NCBI GenBank assembly: GCA_002633005.1
Contig: NMRA01000030.1
Span: 631,630-695,629 of the forward strand
DNA from: Phoronis australis
Taxonomy: Eukaryota > Animalia > Phoronida
Direction: 5' to 3'
Length of the DNA: 64,000 nt
Below the pieces are notes generated by a model. It had not been told where the DNA came from, made no database searches, and saw only the letters and a list, made by a program, of their open reading frames with translations. Shown here in pieces: positions 60,941-64,000 of this stretch (position 1 is its first letter; the number at the start of each line of letters is the position of its first letter). The position numbers and the translations under genes were made by a program.

Positions 60941-63900
60941 GACAGGAAGTGGCCCAAGTCCAAAGTAATTTTTTAAGGAAAATTGTTAATAGCAGCTCAG
61001 ATATATAAAGTCTGTTTGAGATAGCAGCTATAATTTGGTAGGACATCTGAATCTATAGCTATACTTGTTCGTCAAAAAAATTAGGGAACCAAAAATCCGG
61101 AGGTTGGTGTAAAGCCGGTGATTAAAATAAAAGTCTTGAGAAGTCGGGGCGGGTGGATACCTAACGGTCGATTAGATAGGTACAGGGAACTGACATTGAC
61201 CTCTGACTTCATGTGCAGGAGAGACCAGCAAATGTAAACCATGTAATGAAGGACCACCACTGTCAGGAATGTCGCAGTGATCTCGCACAGTACTTCAGTA
61301 GCATGACCCAACTTGATTATGCCTGCAATGAATTGACCAAGCACTCCTTGGTCCAATGGTTTCACAGTGTTTGTACACAAGTTTGATGATATTAGAATGA
61401 CAATGAGCCAAAACAATCATTTCATGTCTCCTTCAGTAAAGAGTAGGAGAGTACGGGTATTTTCCTAGTCGAATAACATGAACTTGTGCTGATGAACCGA
61501 CCGATTGCCTACCTTCTGGAGCAAATATACTGATGAGACGACATTTAGACATGATCACTGCAAAGAAAGTCTCAGTCACTGAAATTTGGGGGTGGGCAGT
61601 AAGTCAAGCATTGGCGCTTAAAAGTGAAATTTAAGGGGGGGGTAAGAAACTGTTATCCCTACCAGATATTCTCATGTACCAGGTAGTATTTTTAATGAGT
61701 CAACATTTGACTTTACTGTGTGCCAACATATGTTAACATAAAAAATTCAACAAAGAAAACACCAATTTATAAGGGATACATTATATGGTGACTAAAATCA
61801 CAACAGAAGTTTTAAAATTGTTTTCTTTTAATTAATTGCCATGCAAGGTCTCAAGTTAAACTATGTACACACTCAAATTCATTTCTGTTTGTAAAAGACT
61901 TAGACGACTGCCTTAAGGCTAAACAGAACTGTAAAAAAAGCACACATTTGTACCTTAAAAAACAAATTGACAACAGGCTTTTTCATATCCATGAATGATG
62001 CAGATACCTTGATTCTAAATTAACTCAATTAAATTTCATACGTCATACATCAATTCAGAACAGAATATGGAGGAGAAGGGTAATTTGTTTTGCCAAATGT
62101 CGCAATATACTTTTGTTCTTGACGAGGCAAAGTTATGTACTGAGCTGTCAAAAAGTAATAAATGACACAGTGTAGCAATCTTGAAAAATGGAAATAACCA
62201 ATATAACATGAATTTTTTTCTGAATCCATAATTTATAATGAAACACAGCAAAGCAACACTGCATGGTTGCCCTGGACTGTGAACAAATTTTCACATTGGT
62301 AGATACTTATTACTTGAAAGAAAAAATGTTGGGCTCCAATTCCATTAAATCCACCAACATGACCCTATAATGAAACTAATACACAACACAGATGTCCATA
62401 CCTGTTATAAATATTTTGCATAGACTGACCCCATACTTGAGTTGATACCTTTGTAAGGACTGACAGTTGTCTATAGTGCCTAGCTTCTAGATTACAATTG
62501 AGACTGATAAAATCATGTAAGTATTATTTGTCTGGACAAACAAGACCCACTGCATAGTTGAACTTACTGGCCACAGATCGGAATCTCTAGTTGTATTCCA
62601 CTCTATATTGTGAGTGTATTCATCAAGTGTTTTCATCTGTTGGGACTATTTCAGCAGGAATGGATAGGCAGAAACTGGCTTTGGAAGAAAAATATAGCAG
62701 GGGGTGGGGGTTCCCAAAGGAGGGGTTGATACATGGGCGGCGCAGCACTGAAAAAAGTGGGGGGCTATAGCACGGGTTAATCACTGTCTGGTTGAGGCTC
62801 ACTTAGGCATTAGGGTAACAAAACCCCAAATGTCAGCGTATGAGTTGTCTCATGGAGGTTGATAAGGCAACCATTATCTTTTATGTAAAGTTGACCAAAA
62901 CTGATGAAAAGTGGAATCAACGTAGAAGAAAGGTATTAATAACATAATCAAATTTCATTTGATATAAAAGTTTCAAAATAAAATCTCAAAAAGCTACTGT
63001 GATTTTCTACTTCTTTTTCATTTTATGCAAGTTTTTTTCATCAAAATCTTAAAAAGTGCCATTTTTGATAGACCCTCATGGAAAAGAGGAAACAATTGTT
63101 AACAACATTTTAGAAAACTGTGCATTACCACATAAACATGTGAAAGTTTCACTGAATCCAGCGGCAGACATTTCACAGATATGGCGATCTCACCAAAGTT
63201 ACACAAATCTGTTCACCTGGGATTCTTCATAACTTAAAACTGCCTTAACCCAGTGTTTCGTCACAAAGACTACCACTGGATTTAGACTACTTGCCATTAT
63301 AGAGTTGGTCTCAAATTTTTAGTTAGTCAAACTGGATGTGATATCTGGGCTTGTTTGAAATGACCCAACAGATCCTTGTGCTCAACACCATGCACTATTG
63401 AAGACCAGGCACTATAGTTTTGGTTAATTAAGAGGAAGTCAGCAGGACTGATTATAGCTCTGTCAACAAAACTCCAGTAAAGCGTAGTCAGACATCTCTG
63501 TGGCAGTGAACACTTCATTTATACTTCGCCTCCAGAAAATACAAATAAATTAGATAAAACGGAATTGAATTAAAAATGATCGCGTACATGCTTATGACGC
63601 ACCACTCTCAAATTTCTGGCTACAACACCTCAGTACTTCATTTTGATAATATGCAAATCAGTATGCCTTTGACCCAGGTCACTTTTTGTATTGAAGAGTA
63701 GTTTTCAACTTGTATTCATGAAGTGAGTGTAGCCAGTTTAATCACATACAAAGTTATGCACTGGCCCTGGGCCATGACTTGTATCTCACTCATATCAAGT
63801 AGTGTTGACACTCAATACCCTGAACTGTATAACTTGTTTATTATTAGTACCTAAAATGTCACCAATATAAAAGATTATCTCCCCTGTCCAACTGTATCCT

Positions 63901-64000
63901 ATACAACAAGAGGTGCATTCTGTAGACGCAAGAAACTTGTGAAAATGCAAGATAACACATTAGTCTTCGCGAGATTATTACCCATACGTTACAAGCATGC

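Noticed and set aside
61081-61416. 111-aa hydrophobic minus ORF as a membrane protein gene
   Set aside because: TTG start directly after a stop, no acceptor in frame, no recognisable family; probably UTR.

Overview
AT-rich, intron-containing animal (most likely invertebrate) genomic DNA with one assembly gap (8154-9090). Three complete spliced genes can be reconstructed by hand, all with GT-AG introns and consistent phases. GINS1/PSF1 is on the minus strand (5 coding exons, 195 aa). ABHD12 is on the plus strand (12 coding exons, 393 aa), head-to-head with GINS1, with start codons only about 256 bp apart. A RhoU/RhoV (Wrch1/Chp) GTPase is on the plus strand (3 coding exons, 249 aa). Base skew and opposed AATAAA signals hint at an unidentified minus-strand transcript over about 49.3-64 kb. 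The non-coding DNA holds many minisatellites, MITEs and LINE relics. The most notable non-genic items are a young 1,399-bp element in RhoU intron 2 (perfect 137-bp CAC-initiated TIRs, 5-bp TSD, the Transib/RAG-like signature), a decayed hammerhead-ribozyme motif, an Asp/His-coding-like 15-bp repeat, and splice-motif-rich minisatellites in ABHD12 introns. No prokaryotic features, rRNA, tRNA or CRISPR arrays were seen. All family assignments are by eye and unverified by database search.
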